A stretch of 63,057 bases of DNA, filler included, from Folioceros fuciformis (Eukaryota), in assembly GCA_049999805.1 (NCBI GenBank). It is 7 parts of 7 records of this genome, joined end to end, with 100 filler letters (N's around TTAATTAATTAA, not from the genome) between each part and the next. Parts side by side here need not be neighbours in the genome. Positions count along the whole stretch, not along the records: positions 12,290 to 21,672 come from JBNGIO010002924.1; positions 21,773 to 28,752 come from JBNGIO010002926.1; 5 more parts are not named here. One strand, 5' to 3'. Under the pieces are notes generated by a model. The model saw only the letters and a list, made by a program, of their open reading frames with translations, did no database searches and was not told the DNA's origin. Below, in pieces: positions 13,114-26,300 of this stretch. The number at the start of each line of letters is the position of its first letter. Within the stretch, counting starts at the first letter, position 1. A program made the translations under genes and the position numbers.

Positions 13114-16100
13114 TATTAGATTTGGTAGAGCGGAGCTTGAGAAAATCACATATTCAGCAAAAAAATGATAATAAAAGGTTTTTGTTCTTAAACACTAAAA
13201 AGGGTTAAGTGGCTATTCATTTGTGTCTATTCATATTAGGGCTCACTCAGTTATATATGTATATTATACCTAGCATATTGGTAAACCCTAGCGACGTGGT
13301 TAAATAGACCAGATGGGGTCTTAACACACCCCCTTAACCACGACACTATGAACTACGACAACGCCAGAAATGATAAGTGCAGCAGTCCACTTTACGTTGA
13401 CGAGCTGTGCGCTAGCCATTGCCATATTCCTCCTCATCAAACATGTGCAGAAGGAGCTGCACAGGCTGGGGCGCTAAGCAGAAGCATAAGGACAAGCGCA
13501 TACAAACTGGAGAAGACATGAAGCAAAGAAACTAGTCGCTCTAGCAGGATGGAATATCAAGCTCGCTCTGTCAGCGACTGTAAATCCTGCAACCGGATCG
13601 GCAACTGCAACGAAGGCACAATGTAGAAGGGCCGAGGTGGCAGCGAGACTGGCAGCAGCAGCGAGAATCCCATTACCAGAGTAGCAACAAGATGCACGAT
13701 TGGATATGGTGAGAGAGCTTCATCCACGGGTACCTGTTGCTCAGAACTGTAGACTAAGGCTAGCCAGTTGGTGGAAAAAGGACAAGGTGGTCTGCAACTC
13801 CCATTTCTTCAAGAAAGAAATTGTGCTTAGCCTTAGGAAGGGCCTTGGTGAGCAGATCAGCTAGATTAAGATCGGTAGGTATATATTCAATCTTCACAAT
13901 CTTCCTCTCAACTGAATGTCGCACAAAGTGGTGCTGAATTTCGATATGTTTCGTGCGGGCATGGAAACGAGGGTTTCCAACCAACGCAATGGTAGATTGA
14001 TTGTCACCAAATACTTTGGTTGGCTTGGCCTGTGGGAACTGTAGATCGGCAAGGAAACTGCGTGCCCACTCTGCCTCCTTGGCTGAATCCGTCAAAGCCT
14101 TGTATTCGGCCTCGGTGGAGGAGAGAGCCACGGACATCTGCTTCTTCGTACTCCAAGTTACCACAGCTCCTAATAGTGTGAAGCAATAAGCTGATAAGCT
14201 ACGACGAGTTTCAGGATCAGAGGCCCAGTCTGCATCAGCAAATCCTTGAAGAACATACTCTGAATCAAGAGATGCCCCACGATAACAAAGTCCATAGGTG
14301 GAGGTTCCTTTCAAATAGCGCAGAATGCGTTTAACAGCACCCCAGTGGTCTTTGCCAGGTTTCTCGAGGAACTGTGAAACGCAACTTATGGCATGCTGGA
14401 TATCTGGACGAGTCCAGCAGGCAATATAATTCAGGCAACCGCATGGCGGTAGGGTACATCTGCCATTTCCTGAAGCTCATCATCAGTTTGCGGAGATTGC
14501 TCAGAGGTGAGCCTAGCACCAACAACTCCTGGTGTGCTGACGGGTTTAGCCTGGTCAAGATGAAAACGCTTGAGAGTTTCATTTACATATTTTGTCTGGT
14601 GTAGAAGAGTCTTGTTGATGCAATCCCTGTGCAGCTGTACTCCAAGTACAAAGGTGAGGGCACCAATGTCTTTCATCTCATACTGTTTATGAAGCATTTG
14701 TTTAATCCAATCCATAAGCTCACGACTGTCTGATGCTAAAATGGCATCATCCGTTGCCTCCTTATATGATCTTGGTTCTGCAGGATGCTCAATGGAAGAA
14801 GAGAAAACAGCCGGCAATTTCATTGCCAGTCTAGAAGATCTAGTATTCCTGAAATCTATTGCTTCATATGGTCGCTCATGCCACTGATCTCTGGGATGTC
14901 TTGTCCTGCTAGGGTACCTAGGTTCAGCAAGAGCAAGTGTATCCTGAACATGTATCTCAGATTCAATGTGAGCAAGAGTTTCCTGTTCATCCTCGGAAGA
15001 GGCAGCAGCATCCAATGTATTGTCCAAGTCATTAGTGACAGGAAACGACTCCATCATGTCAATGTCTAATTCCTCAGAGTGTGCTGCTAGAGGTTCTATC
15101 AAACTTTGATCATCTTCCAACACAGCTGAACCTGCAGGTTGAGCTGATGTCGAGTCATACTGAACAGGCGCCTGTAGTGGAGATTCAGGCTGCGGAATAA
15201 CAGATGGCAACTCACCCCCTGAACCACGAGCAGCCACACCCCCTGAAGGTGGAACCGGATACACATCTTGGGGATATTCCGAAACAGCAGCATCAAAGTC
15301 GTCGTCAGGAAGCACAGGATGTGCAGTAACATCAGCAAAGTGAGAAGCAGCTGGCTGAGTAAGTTCCTTAAATGTGACACTACGAGCAAAGACACATGAC
15401 CGGGTGGGGGGGGGTCATATAACTTGTATGCCTTGCTTTCTTCGCCATAACCGACAAAGATAAGGGGCCGGGCACGAGCGTCTAACTTCTTACGTTGCTC
15501 TGCAGGGACATAAGCATATGCAGGGGAACCGAATACTCGAAGATGCAGTATACTAGGTCGACGCTGCCATATTACTTCAAAAGGGGTACGCCCTGACACA
15601 GAACTGGTAAGAAGACGATTAAGAATGTAAGTGGCAGTGACAATTGCCTCTGCCCAATAGGCTTTGTGCAAGCCAGACCATTGAAGCATACTGCGAGTCA
15701 TGCCTAAGAAAGTTTGATTCCGTCGTTCAACGACACCGTTCTGCTGTTGTGTGTAGGGAACAGCAAGCTGGCGCAAAATGCCATGGTCAGCAAGATATTC
15801 ATCGAAGGCTGAATTTACAAACTCCGAACCATTATCAAACCGTAAGCAGCGAAGAAGTCGACCCGTCTGTCGTTGAATCATGGGAAGCCATTCTTGAAAC
15901 ACTAAAAACGGATCTGATTTCTTCTGAATAGGGTATGTCCAGCAATACTTGCTATAGTCGTCAGTTAAGGTAAGATAGTATTTGGAGCCGCCCAAAGAAG
16001 GAACTTGTATCTTGCCAGATATATCTGTGTGCACAAGATCGAGAACATGAGTAGTCCTGTAGGCAACAACAGATGGAAAAGGTAACTCCTTTTGTTTGGC

Positions 16101-19100
16101 CAGGATACAAGAATCGCAAAGGGGAAGTTCCTTAAAACACTTGGGCAACGGTTCCCTGTAACATTCCATGCTGGACATTTTTAGAAGTTTGTTCTTGTTT
16201 GCATGTCCCAAGCGAGCATGCCAAAGTTGGGCTAATGCAGACTGTGTGTTGGCAGCCACAAAAGCACTGTGTGCTGGTTGACAGCAGATGTCCAGCTTGT
16301 AGAGATCATCTACCAAAATCCCTCGAGCAAGTGAAGCACCTTGGGCAGCGCCTTTGTATGTAAGAGTACAACCAGAGGCTGAGAAACAGAGATCAAACTG
16401 TCGAAGCTTCATAAGCTGGCTGACAGACAGGAGATGCTTAGCCATGGTAGGTACATATAGAACATGGTCAAGCTGAAGAGCAGTGCCGTCCTTTAGTCGA
16501 AAGGCACAAGAACCTTTGCCAAGAATCTGCAAGCCTGTGCGAAAAAGTTCATCTCCCAGCAGAACCTTCTCGTTTGTTCGTGTGGGAGAGAAATTAGTAA
16601 GCAAGTTCTTATTGTGGCAGATATGGGAGGTCGCACCTGAATCCAAGTACCAAGAGTCGGGTTCGCAGACAGAAGCATGGTGACATACGGTCATAATTAC
16701 AGGCCGCTTGCTGGAAGAAGAGGCCAGAGAGGACCTATCCTTGGAAACCGAATGCGTCTCAACCACCTTCTGGGTCTTCTCGGCCTTTTTCGGTTCTCCA
16801 CGTTTCTTCTTCTTACATTCGCGCTCCCAGTGTCCTTGGATGCCACACCAATTACATGAGCCAGTACGCTTGCCTAGAGCTGGTTTGGTAACACCGGCAC
16901 CAGAGGAGTTTCTAGCCTTCCCTTGAGGCTTGGTTTTGTTCATGTAAAGAACCTTATCAGTTTTTGTTTTTCCAGGAGAATGGTGGCCTCGACTCTGCTC
17001 TTCTTGGAGTAAGGCTCCAACCACCTCTGTAAAGGAAATCTGAGGAGCCAGTCCCAAGGCTGCAGCGTGCTGGGCAGCATTTAGGATAGCACCGTAGCTA
17101 GAAACAAAAGACTGATAACTAGGTGGCAGACTACTTAGTAGTTGTGCAACAACATTAACATCGTCAAGTTGTGTGCCCAATGAGATCAGCTGGGATCGCA
17201 AGAGCCTGAACTTGGCAATAAAGGTACTAACTTTCTCACCTTCATTCATACTCAGGGAGAACAGCTCAGTACGTACATGGCACAAGGTATGAATGTTCCT
17301 GACATCATGTCTGTGCCAGTTGCTTCCAGATATCCTCAGCTTTCAAGAGATAGGCAACATCTGGAACAAGCACTTCATCCAACCCGCTGATGAGAAGGGC
17401 TCGAGCGACACTGTTAGCGTTAGCCCAACTATCCTTTTCATACTGTGTGGCGTTGGGTAGAGGCTCAGGGTACTGTCCTGTCACAACCAACCAAATGTGC
17501 CTGGCTTCAAGTGCAGCTCGCATGCGAACACTCCATACAGGATATTTTGTTCCGTTAAACCTGTCACGTTCTTTGAACTCAATGGTGTAGGCAGGCTGAT
17601 AAACGTGCGGTTGTGCAACATGTGAGCCAGGACCAGGAGGGGTGGGTTGTACAGGAGGTACTGGGGGAACGGGAGGTAGAGGTGGTGGAGGGTTAAGAGG
17701 TGGTACAGAGGGAAATGTCGGTGGAGGTGGTGCGGGCGGGAGTTGTGCATACCCACCGAGACCACTTAGACCGCCATAATTTCCACTCAAACCTGTGTAC
17801 CAATTGGGAACTCCGAAACCTCCCGATGCAGCGTAAAGACCTGCCAAAGGATTTGGAAACAGGCCACCACTACCGGCAGGAGGAGTTGTAAAGGGTCCTC
17901 CTGATGCCATCGCGCCCGGCAGATGCTGGGCGATGCCAGCAGGCATAGTAGAGACATCTCCTGTTGCAGCAGCTCTGCCAGGAACGGTGGCTCCACCTAT
18001 ATTGCCTGTGGCAAATCGTTTAGGCGTAGAAGTGCCTTGCGTTTGTGTGGCAACGCCAGCAGAATCAGTTGCAGAACCGGTTGCTGGAGAATTGCTATGG
18101 CTCGTGCTAGGTGCAGAGCTGCCACTACCACCCGCGTGCGTTGCGGTGGAGGCCAAGCCTACTGCATCTTCGGAGTCATCCTCATCGCCAGAGCCAAACC
18201 GGATCCCGCCAGTACTCATTGCAAAAGGAGTCGCGAAGTCGAGCGGTAGACCTTCGAATGAAAGTCACAAGCCGCGAGACTTCACGGTTACAGGTAAGAG
18301 CCGGTTGAGTTCCGCGCCTGTATGCCGCTTGGAATAGCAGATGTCTTCCACGCTGTAAGGTGAAGAAGAGACGTATTGATCAAGTGCGTCCCCTCGTATC
18401 TGACATTCCTTGAGGTCGCTTCTGGAGAATGATGCGAGATCGCACACCCTGTCGAGGCGCCTCAGAGAGGTGAAGATCTTCCGTGAGATTTTCGAACCAT
18501 CTTCTGATTCATGACCGCCTCGAAGAATGCTTGATTCGCGGCTGACTCCAAACCAGCAACCGATTGTGAAGCACTCAGATTGTTCCCGGGCAGAAACCCA
18601 TCTAGCAGAGACTTGAACATCACACATCTGTTGATCAGGTCGCGCACTTGAATCTGCAAGTTGCTGATGTCACAAAGTCGCAAAAAGCTTCCCTGATGAG
18701 ATGCAGGTTTGTGAGTGTAGGTACAGGGCCGCGCACCCAGACGAGTCCTGTAATGAAGAAATCTCCTAGCTTGCGAGGATTTATAACGGGTAAGATGCTG
18801 ATCACAATCAATCGCTTGTCGGAAATTTTGCGGGCAATCTAAGACTATTTTCTGTCGAGGTTTAATAGCTCTTGAAATTGCGTAGAGGTTCTGTTCCCAC
18901 GATACGTGACCATCGGGTCTAGGAAACAAGATTCTGTTGTCGAAATTACGACGACGCATTTTTGCCTAATTTCCTTTCTCCGCTCATTTCAGAAAATTGC
19001 AGCGAAAGAATGTAATCTAGGCTATACATTACAATATAGATATAGGAGGAAAAAAAATTGTTGACGCAAGATCCAGAAGCCACAAAAGTTGTGACAAGTG

Positions 19101-19424
19101 GATGTTGCAGTCCTGATTTTCTTTTCTTCCTACATATATATGTATCTGTAGACTAAAATTTCTACAAAAATAAAATTAATCAAGTATCTAAGCATGAAAG
19201 CTCTGATACCATGTTAAATTTGGTAGAGCGGAGCTTGAGAGAATCACATATTCAGCAAAAAAATGATAATAAAAGGTTTTTGTTCTTAAACACTAAAAAG
19301 GGTTAAGTGGCTATTCATTTGTGTCTATTCATATTAGGGCTAACTCAACTATATATGTATATTATACCTAGCATATTGGTAAACCCTAGCGACGTGGTTA
19401 AATAGACCAAATGGGGTCTTAACA
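13114..19424 (-). mobile_element. Ty1/Copia element 1: both LTRs present, internal RT deletion
   Basis: 213-bp LTRs at 13114-13326 and 19212-19424 (~7 differences by eye). TSD GACTC/GACTT; PBS-iMet TGGTATCAGAGC 19200-19211; PPT next to 13327. gag 18219-17305; gag-PR-INT 17285-~15400 (CNWCGIQGHWEREC, WYLDSGATSH, LWHARLGH, FDNGSEF); RNase H 14314-13760. Confidence 0.96.
18462..18959 (-). CDS. Hypothetical 165-aa ORF in the 5' leader of Copia element 1 (upstream of gag)
   Basis: ATG-initiated, stop-free, sense to the element, between PBS and gag ATG. Only weak local resemblance (QVRDLINR) to the leader ORF of element 2. Confidence 0.35.
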   Translation of the reverse strand: MRRRNFDNRILFPRPDGHVSWEQNLYAISRAIKPRQKIVLDCPQNFRQAIDCDQHLTRYKSSQARRFLHYRTRLGARPCTYTHKPASHQGSFLRLCDISNLQIQVRDLINRCVMFKSLLDGFLPGNNLSASQSVAGLESAANQAFFEAVMNQKMVRKSHGRSSPL

Positions 19425-19615
19425 GACTTAGAAGGGGCTTCGTGCTCAAGTTGTGATGCAGGATCAAGTGCAGACACAGGATCTTCAAGAGGTGTGACAG
19501 CAGGGTTTCGATTTTCCAAAGGATTGAACCAGCGCAGAGGCCAATGCGTCCCTCTGCCGTGGCCACGGGGATGAGGGTTTCTTCCTCCCCGTCCGCTGTT
19601 TGACATCAGCTGCAC

Positions 19616-20221
19616 CTAGCATGCCTTCCTAGCCCAAGGATTGTCTGATCTTGGGTCAGGAGATTTCTCCATGGCTGTATGTAGTGCGGCGACGCCGTGC
19701 GCAAGCGCCTCCACTTGTCTCGTGAGAGCCACAATGCTAAGGTTCAAAGTGGTCTGCCTGTCGGTGAAGTCCGCAATCCTTGCTTGTGTTTTGCAATTTT
19801 GTGCGTTTATGAGGTCGCAAACTTGTGGAAGGGTCTAATCGCTGGTTGCGCAGGAGGAATTGCTAGCATTTGTGCACTAGCTGCAGGTTGCTAACCGACT
19901 CTTTGTGAGTGCGCAGGATCTAGCGACCGAGATGCGCTGTGCCTGGCTGATGATCTCACTAACTTGCCTTCTAAGGTGCCTCAGAGGGTCAGGTTTGATT
20001 GCTGGCTGCGCAGCAGCATACTTGGTGTTTTGGCCGTGATTGGGAACAAGTTTGATTGATGGCTGCGCCTGCCTAGCGCTCTGGCCGTGGATGCAAATAG
20101 GTGCTACGACCTTGGAGAAGAAGCGATTGAGGTTTCTACTCTATTCTTCTACAGTCTGACTAGGTTACCCAGCAAATGGATCAGCAAGTGGGTTCGACTT
20201 CCTTCCTCTACCTCTCAGCAT
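19616..20221 (-). pseudogene. Copia leader extra ORF (decayed copy, 4 in-frame stops)
   Basis: Manual translation MLRGRGRKSNPLADPFAG*PSQTVEE*SRNLNRFF...DPLRHLRRQVSEIISQAQRIS...IADFTDRQTTLNLSIVALTRQVEAL is colinear with ORF 32216-32791. Confidence 0.8.
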
Positions 20222-20929
20222 GATGCCTAGTGTGCGGAGTAGTGAAAACCGGCATCAGCCAAGAAATGTTCTGCCATGTCTCCAAATCTAACAAGCGCAA
20301 GTTTGTGGGCAGCAATGAGGCTGCGAAAATTCTCATGAGAGAGATTTCTGATGCAGTCTTTGGTGTGGCAAAATACGCAAGGATTAGGAGACGTGATAGG
20401 CTCCATGCTCTGATACCATGAAGCAGGCTAATCGGTAGGCATAGAGGAAAGAATGAAAAAAAGTTGAGATTGCCGTTACCAGGCTGCCCTTGAGGCAGAT
20501 GCGTGGAGATGTGACTGTTCACGTGAGTGAACACGTCACTTAGGGTTCGGTCACGATGGTATGAAACGGCATACCGTTTCATACCTTTAACGTTTTCACC
20601 TAATTTAATAAATAAAACTAAGGCTGGCTATTTAATATAAAATTGACTCCTAATTTTATATTTCTATATGCATGGCGCGTCGCGCGTTTTGTTCAGGCAA
20701 TGGGTGGATCACGGAGAGGGGGTTATGAACTAGCTCAAGTGTGTGGCTAGCAAAGGCTACGCTTGCTTTTGTGATTGTCATTACATGGTTCGCCTGCCGT
20801 TCAGAGATTGTGAATGAGTGGACGTGGTTTCCTTAGCCATTCCTGGCCGATCATTTCCAAATTCTGGCTAACCCATATTTCCTTCTTTTTGGCCTAACTT
20901 TCACTACATCTGGAGGTTACTTGGTTAGG

Positions 20930-21130
20930 TCTGAGAGGGGGTATTAAGATATATTATTATATATCATAGCAGCCCTAACTAGCTTCCTATCCAGCTATGT
21001 ACCGTTATTGATTTAAGTTCAAATTAGGGTTTGCTCACTAAAACAGTTACAAAACATTTTTTGTATTTTAACACCTTTCTTCTTGATATGAACTATCTTC
21101 TTGGGTGTTCTCCTTGTGCTTTTAGGCCAT
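20930..21130 (+). mobile_element. Probable short Copia-type 3' LTR with PPT
   Basis: Purine tract GAGAGGGGG followed by TATTAAGA (TG-like terminus mutated) and AT-rich, LTR-like sequence. Boundaries approximate. Confidence 0.4.
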
Positions 21131-21160
21131 GCCTCATGGTCACGCTCTAGGGAGTTTATT

Positions 21161-21402
21161 ATGGGCACCGAGAGAGGTGCACTTGATCGCTAGACAGCGG
21201 GGACTATCCCACGCTTGATTGGAGTTGGAGAGGAGCCCTCGAATCCGTCATTGAGTTGATTGAGTCTAACCTCCATCCATAGCAACGAGGAACCCCATCG
21301 CTCCTTCGTAGGAACGAAACCCAAAGTCTCAACGACAGTGGGATAAGTGTGGATACTAAAGGTCAAACCCTTTGGCAAATAGTTGCCCGGGGTTTTGCCA
21401 CC
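21161..21402 (-). repeat. Diverged terminal fragment of family-B LTR-like repeat
   Basis: Homologous to 23077-23321. Confidence 0.75.
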
Positions 21403-21606
21403 GTAAACTTCCATGTTGAAGATGGGTTTCTATATTCCAAGGTGGGAAGATCATGGGTCCATACGAAAGTGTATGGCAAATGAAAACAGGGAGCATGTGT
21501 CCCCACTATCAGCCCTAGACTTTGATTGTTCAACGAGAATTCGTAATATTGTAAAACAATAAAGAAGACACTAGCATGGACAATGTATGTTATGCGTATA
21601 GAATTG

Positions 21607-21672
21607 TGTGGAGGCAAAACCCCGGGCACTGATTGCCGACGGGTTCCACCTTTAGTGGCCACACTTATCCCA
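21607..21672 (+). repeat. Family-B LTR-like repeat start (runs into gap)
   Basis: TGTGGAGGCAAAACCCCGGGCAC..., identical to the sequence starting at 27450. Confidence 0.85.
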
Positions 21673-21772
21673 NNNNNNNNNNNNNNNNNNNNNNNNNNNN
21701 NNNNNNNNNNNNNNNNTTAATTAATTAANNNNNNNNNNNNNNNNNNNNNNNNNNNNNNNNNNNNNNNNNNNN

Positions 21773-23321
21773 TACATATACCCCCTGGTATTTTATATGG
21801 TTTAGATACATATTTAATACATACTGATACGTATCCCCGTATTTATTTTCTTTTTATTTTCCTAATTTCCTTTTTTTCATCCCTATTTTTCTAGATTTAA
21901 TTCCAGAAATTCCAATTCAACTCCGTTTCACCTGCTTTCTTTTCCTCTTAGTTCAAGGCCTCCCCTTGCACCCCAGGGTCAGTCTTCCATGGCTGAGGAA
22001 CCATTTCGGCTGGAAGCTGATCGCGCTGAATCAGCTACCGTTTTCAGGCCAGGTTCCGGCTGCTGATCCCCCTCCTTCCCACCTCTTCTCTATATTTCCC
22101 ATTGCTCATGCTCCTTCCCTGGTTGCTGGCTCATCCACCAAGGGTGAACAGTTGCAGGGGACGACTGAGCGGGCGACCATCCAGCAAGGAAGAGGCGGCG
22201 TCCGCAGATCTCTGAAGGCCAGACATCCTCCGAAGTCTCAGGATAGTCTAAGAGGTGGTAGATCCTTGTGGTGGTAGGGCCAACTCATTGGTGGCAGGAT
22301 GGGCTAGAAGTCTAAATAATTGGTTGGTGACAGCTGGCTAGGCTAGTGGTCCTATTAAAATAATATTTCTCAAGTTAGAGAGAGGTGAAGTCAGAGAGAG
22401 AGAGGGGCTCCTACAAGATCAGGTGAGCCTGTAGGAGGAGGTAGTCATTCACTTTGGGAGTCAGTCTGTCACTTCGTGAGCTCTTGGAGGTCCTCTCTTC
22501 ATGAGCTCTTGTGGTCTGTCCCTGCTTGGTCTAGGACCTGCAATGTGTTGCCGGCTGTGCAACGTGTGGTAGGATCGCAAGCCGCGTGTTGCCGGCTATA
22601 CAGTGTCTGGTAGGATCGCAGGCAGCGTGTTGCCGGCTGTACAGTGTTTGGTAGGATTGCGGGCCGCGTGTTGCTGGTTGTATAGTGTCTTGTAGGATCA
22701 CAAGGTGTAATGACCAGGGTGAAGGGGCTTGCCCCTAGCTCTTGATTGTAAAGGATGTGTCTTTCTCTCGACCTGTCCACTCTTGTTCCTTGCTTGATCA
22801 AGTGCTGTAGGCCGGCCATGTCTCATGGCGTCTGGTAAGGTTGTGGGGAGGAGATACCCGAGAGGGGAGTGTGTTCCCTTCTTTCTTTTCTTTCGGGTTA
22901 GTCTAGTGACTCTTGCCGGATAGGAGGAGTCAGTAGGGAAGTGTAGAAGGTAGTGGTGTCGTTGCTGGTTGCTGGTAGTTGCTGGTGTTGGTGCTGGAGT
23001 GAGAGGGTGAGTGAAGTGTGTGAGGGAAGACGCAGATCTGAGAGGTTAGAGTCGTTGTAGTGATTGGAGTGAGTTTGTGGGCACCGAGAGAGGTGCAGCT
23101 GACCGCTGGACAGCGAGGCCTGTCCTACGCCTGATCGGAGCTGGAGGGGAGCCCTCAAATCCATCATCGAGTCGATCAAGTCCGACCCTCCATCCACAGC
23201 AGCAAGGAACCCCATCGCTCGTTCGTGGGAACAAAACCCAATGTCTCAACGACAGTGGGATAAGTGTGGCCACTAAAGGTGGAACCCGTTGGCAATCAGT
23301 GCCTGGGGTTTTGCCTCCACA
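21773..23321 (-). mobile_element. Family-B long LTR-like repeat inserted in gag of Copia element 4
   Basis: Reverse copy of 27450-28519, colinear with 43211-44684. TG terminus at 23321 abuts gag. Internal ~30-bp tandem repeats at ~22544-22700. Confidence 0.85.
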
Positions 23322-26300
23322 ATGTGGCACCAAGCTGGATGAGACACAAGCTGCAACAGCCCTTCTCATGTCATTGCCCTCCAGCTATCGGACGTTCGTC
23401 TCTTCACATAACAACAACATGCGGGCAGCTAGAGGAGGTACCTTACAGAAGTAATTGGTGCCCTGCTAGAAGAAGAGGCAACTAGACATGGAAGTCGCCA
23501 TGATGGCAGACATGAAAGTGCAAGCAGCTCAAGTAGAGTATTGTACTCATCTAAAGGGAAGGGACCCCGCTCGTCAAACGGCAGACAAGGGGGAAGACGC
23601 ACCCCTGAATCCAAACCATACAGCTCGAAGAAAAAGGGAGCTTGCAATTGGTGCAAGATCCTGGGGCACTTCGAGAAGGATTGTCGCAAAAAGGCTGCTG
23701 GAGAGCCCAAACGGGAAGGAGCTGAAACTCACACTCCCTCCTTCAAGAAATCAGGCACCATTCTGGCTACCTGCCTTGTATCCTCAAACGAAGATAGAAA
23801 GTGCTGGTTCATGGACTCAGGTGCCTCCCATCATGTCTGCAATCAACATGATGCCTTCACAGATTACAAACCTGCACTGAACGGTCAGACCATTCGTGTA
23901 GGAGACAACAGAGAGCTACCCATTTTAGGAGCAGGTTTAGTTCCACTCAGCCTGCCATCTAGACATGAGATCATACTGTTAGATGTTCTTCATGTCCCTA
24001 GAATGGTAAAGAACTTGGTATCAGTCACAAAGATAAAGGTTGCCTTACCAAGGGTTCGTGTGCTGTTTGAGTCTGAGCCTGACGAATGCCACATCGAGCA
24101 AGATGGGGTAGTCCTGGCCAAAGCTTACCCCTCCAATGACCTGTACAAGTTGGAGTGCACACCTTCCAGAATATACAGAGCTGCTCACCTTACACAAGCT
24201 GAGCATTCCGCTTACTTCAAGCTTTGGTATCACCGGCTCAGCCATATTAATGTGCGTAGAATGAAGGAGGTAGTAGAGGGAAACCTGTATAGAGAACCCC
24301 TCAAGTTTCAGCCCCAGACCAAGCTGTTCTGTGAGTCTTGCATTTACAGCAAGCACCACAAGTCTCCGCACATAGACAAAAATCACACTAGAGCCGAAGC
24401 TTTGCTAGAGTTAGTACATTCTGACCTATGTGGTCCCATGTCCAAAGCTGTCCTTTGGTGGGGCCAAGTATTTTCTTTCATTTATAGATGACTGGAGCAG
24501 GTTTACAGTAGTCTATTGCTTGGCAAAGAAGTCTCAAACCCTAGAGTTGTTTAAGGACTACTTTGCAACTGCACAGCGTCAGACCTAGCCTCTGCTCATG
24601 ACACTTCAGACAGATGGCGGGGGTGAGTACGGGTCAAATGCTTTCAAACAGCTTTGCAAAGAACTTGGCATACTTGGACAGCTTATTGTCTCCTACACCT
24701 CACAGCAGAATTCAATAGCTGAACGCAACAATGGCGTTATTCAAGAGCAGGCCAAGGCCTCACTTGCTCAGGCTAGCCTCTCCTTGGGGTATTGGGCTGA
24801 GGCTGTTACAGCTGCAGTTTACATAAAAAACCGAACACCTACAAGTGCAGTCCCCGGGAGTACACCATTTGAGAGGTGGACAACGCATAAGCCAAGAATT
24901 TCACACTTGAGAGTTTTTGGCAGCCCTGCCTATGCCTTCATCCCAAAAGAAAAAAGGAGAAAGATGCAACTAAATGCTATTAAGTGTATTTTTGTGGGGT
25001 ACATGGAGGGCATCAAAGGATATAAGCCTTTTAATCCTGAAAAACACCAGCTGATATATGCTCGGAGTGTGGTTTTTTATGAAGATGCAGTCCTCAACAG
25101 GACCTCCACCCTTGCACACCATGTTTCAGAAACTGAACCCGTTAGCACTAAGTCAGAAGCTACCACCTCCAAAGAAGTTAGTGAGGAGGACTTTGGAAGC
25201 ACACCTGGTGACTCTCCTCTTCACAGCCCTCGTGAGCGTCTTGATGGTGAAGCTTCGGTGCCAGCTAGTGCTGATCATTCTGATTCGAAGTCATCTGATC
25301 TGCTACTCAAGAGCCTCCAGCTGGAGACATCAGCCATTTTTCGTCCAACTCTTCGTCTGAATCTGACACTGCATCAAAGGCTGAGGACATAGTGACGCTC
25401 TCCAGTGATGACGAAGACCCTGCACCAGAGGTTGCCCCGCCCACCAGGACTGGTCGTCCTTCCCGAGTACATCGTTCTCGGGCCAACTGGACTGTGCCTC
25501 CGTACAATCCTCCCAGCAACTCTCTGTGGCCTTCCCGTCGAGGAGCACAAACAAAATCACAGGTCCCTGATCCAACCTTGCAATTCGGCACTGTCAACGT
25601 TGAGGGGGAGACACCTGCAGAGGGAGCTGGAGTTAGTGAAGGTACGACATTTGAAGGAGCAGATACTGAAAGAAGCACACAACGAAATGTTGCTCAAGCT
25701 CTAATTGCTTAGGCCCTATCTGCTGTTGATCAAGCTAGAGACCCGAGTACCATGACTGAAGCCTTAAATGGCCCTCACAGTGCCGATTGGAAGGCCACCA
25801 TCAAATCTGAATACGACAGCTGTGGAGTGATTTCTTGCACACCCAAGAACCACCAAGGGGCCACACTTCCCCTTATTATCGTTGCAGTCTTATGATTCGC
25901 TCCCAAGGGAGTGAACTGATGTCAAGGTTACCTACATCTCCCTAATCTCACCCTATCTATCAGCATATACCAAGTGCTACAGCAATAGGTCAGAATTCTC
26001 GGTCCTGTCTTCGGCTCCTACCACAACACCAACCCCAGCCTCAACAAAATGAGAACTCCAGCATTGTCTTCAGCCCTCGTTTCCAGCTCCAAGTATCAAT
26101 CACTTCAGTGCTAAGAGGAAGCTCCAGCCCCAAGTCTGGCCTCCAACTCTCAGCACCTCCTACCTCCGCAGCTAAACGAGAACCTCAACTTTAGCTAGCT
26201 CCTCACTCCAACTCCAACACTTCATTCCACCACTTCAGCACTTTAGTCCTTCACTTCAGCACTTCAGCACTTCAGTCCTTCACTTCAGCACTTCACTTCA

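Larger units (their letters stand above)
12958..20695 (-). mobile_element. Ty1/Copia element 2, 5' part (LTR, PBS, leader ORF, gag start); interrupted by element 1 and cut by the family-A LTR
   Basis: PBS 20407-20418 next to an LTR at 20419-~20695 (TGAA...TTCA) that shares motifs with LTR 32993-33252. The gag N-terminus MSNSGRGGRNP (ATG 19606) continues across the element-1 TSD into 13108-12958 (AQLAQ repeats, as in element 3). Confidence 0.8.

Noticed and set aside
21607-23321. Inverted family-B ends flanking a gap as a TIR DNA transposon
   Set aside because: The ends lie on different contigs with no matching TSD; two independent copies explain it more simply.
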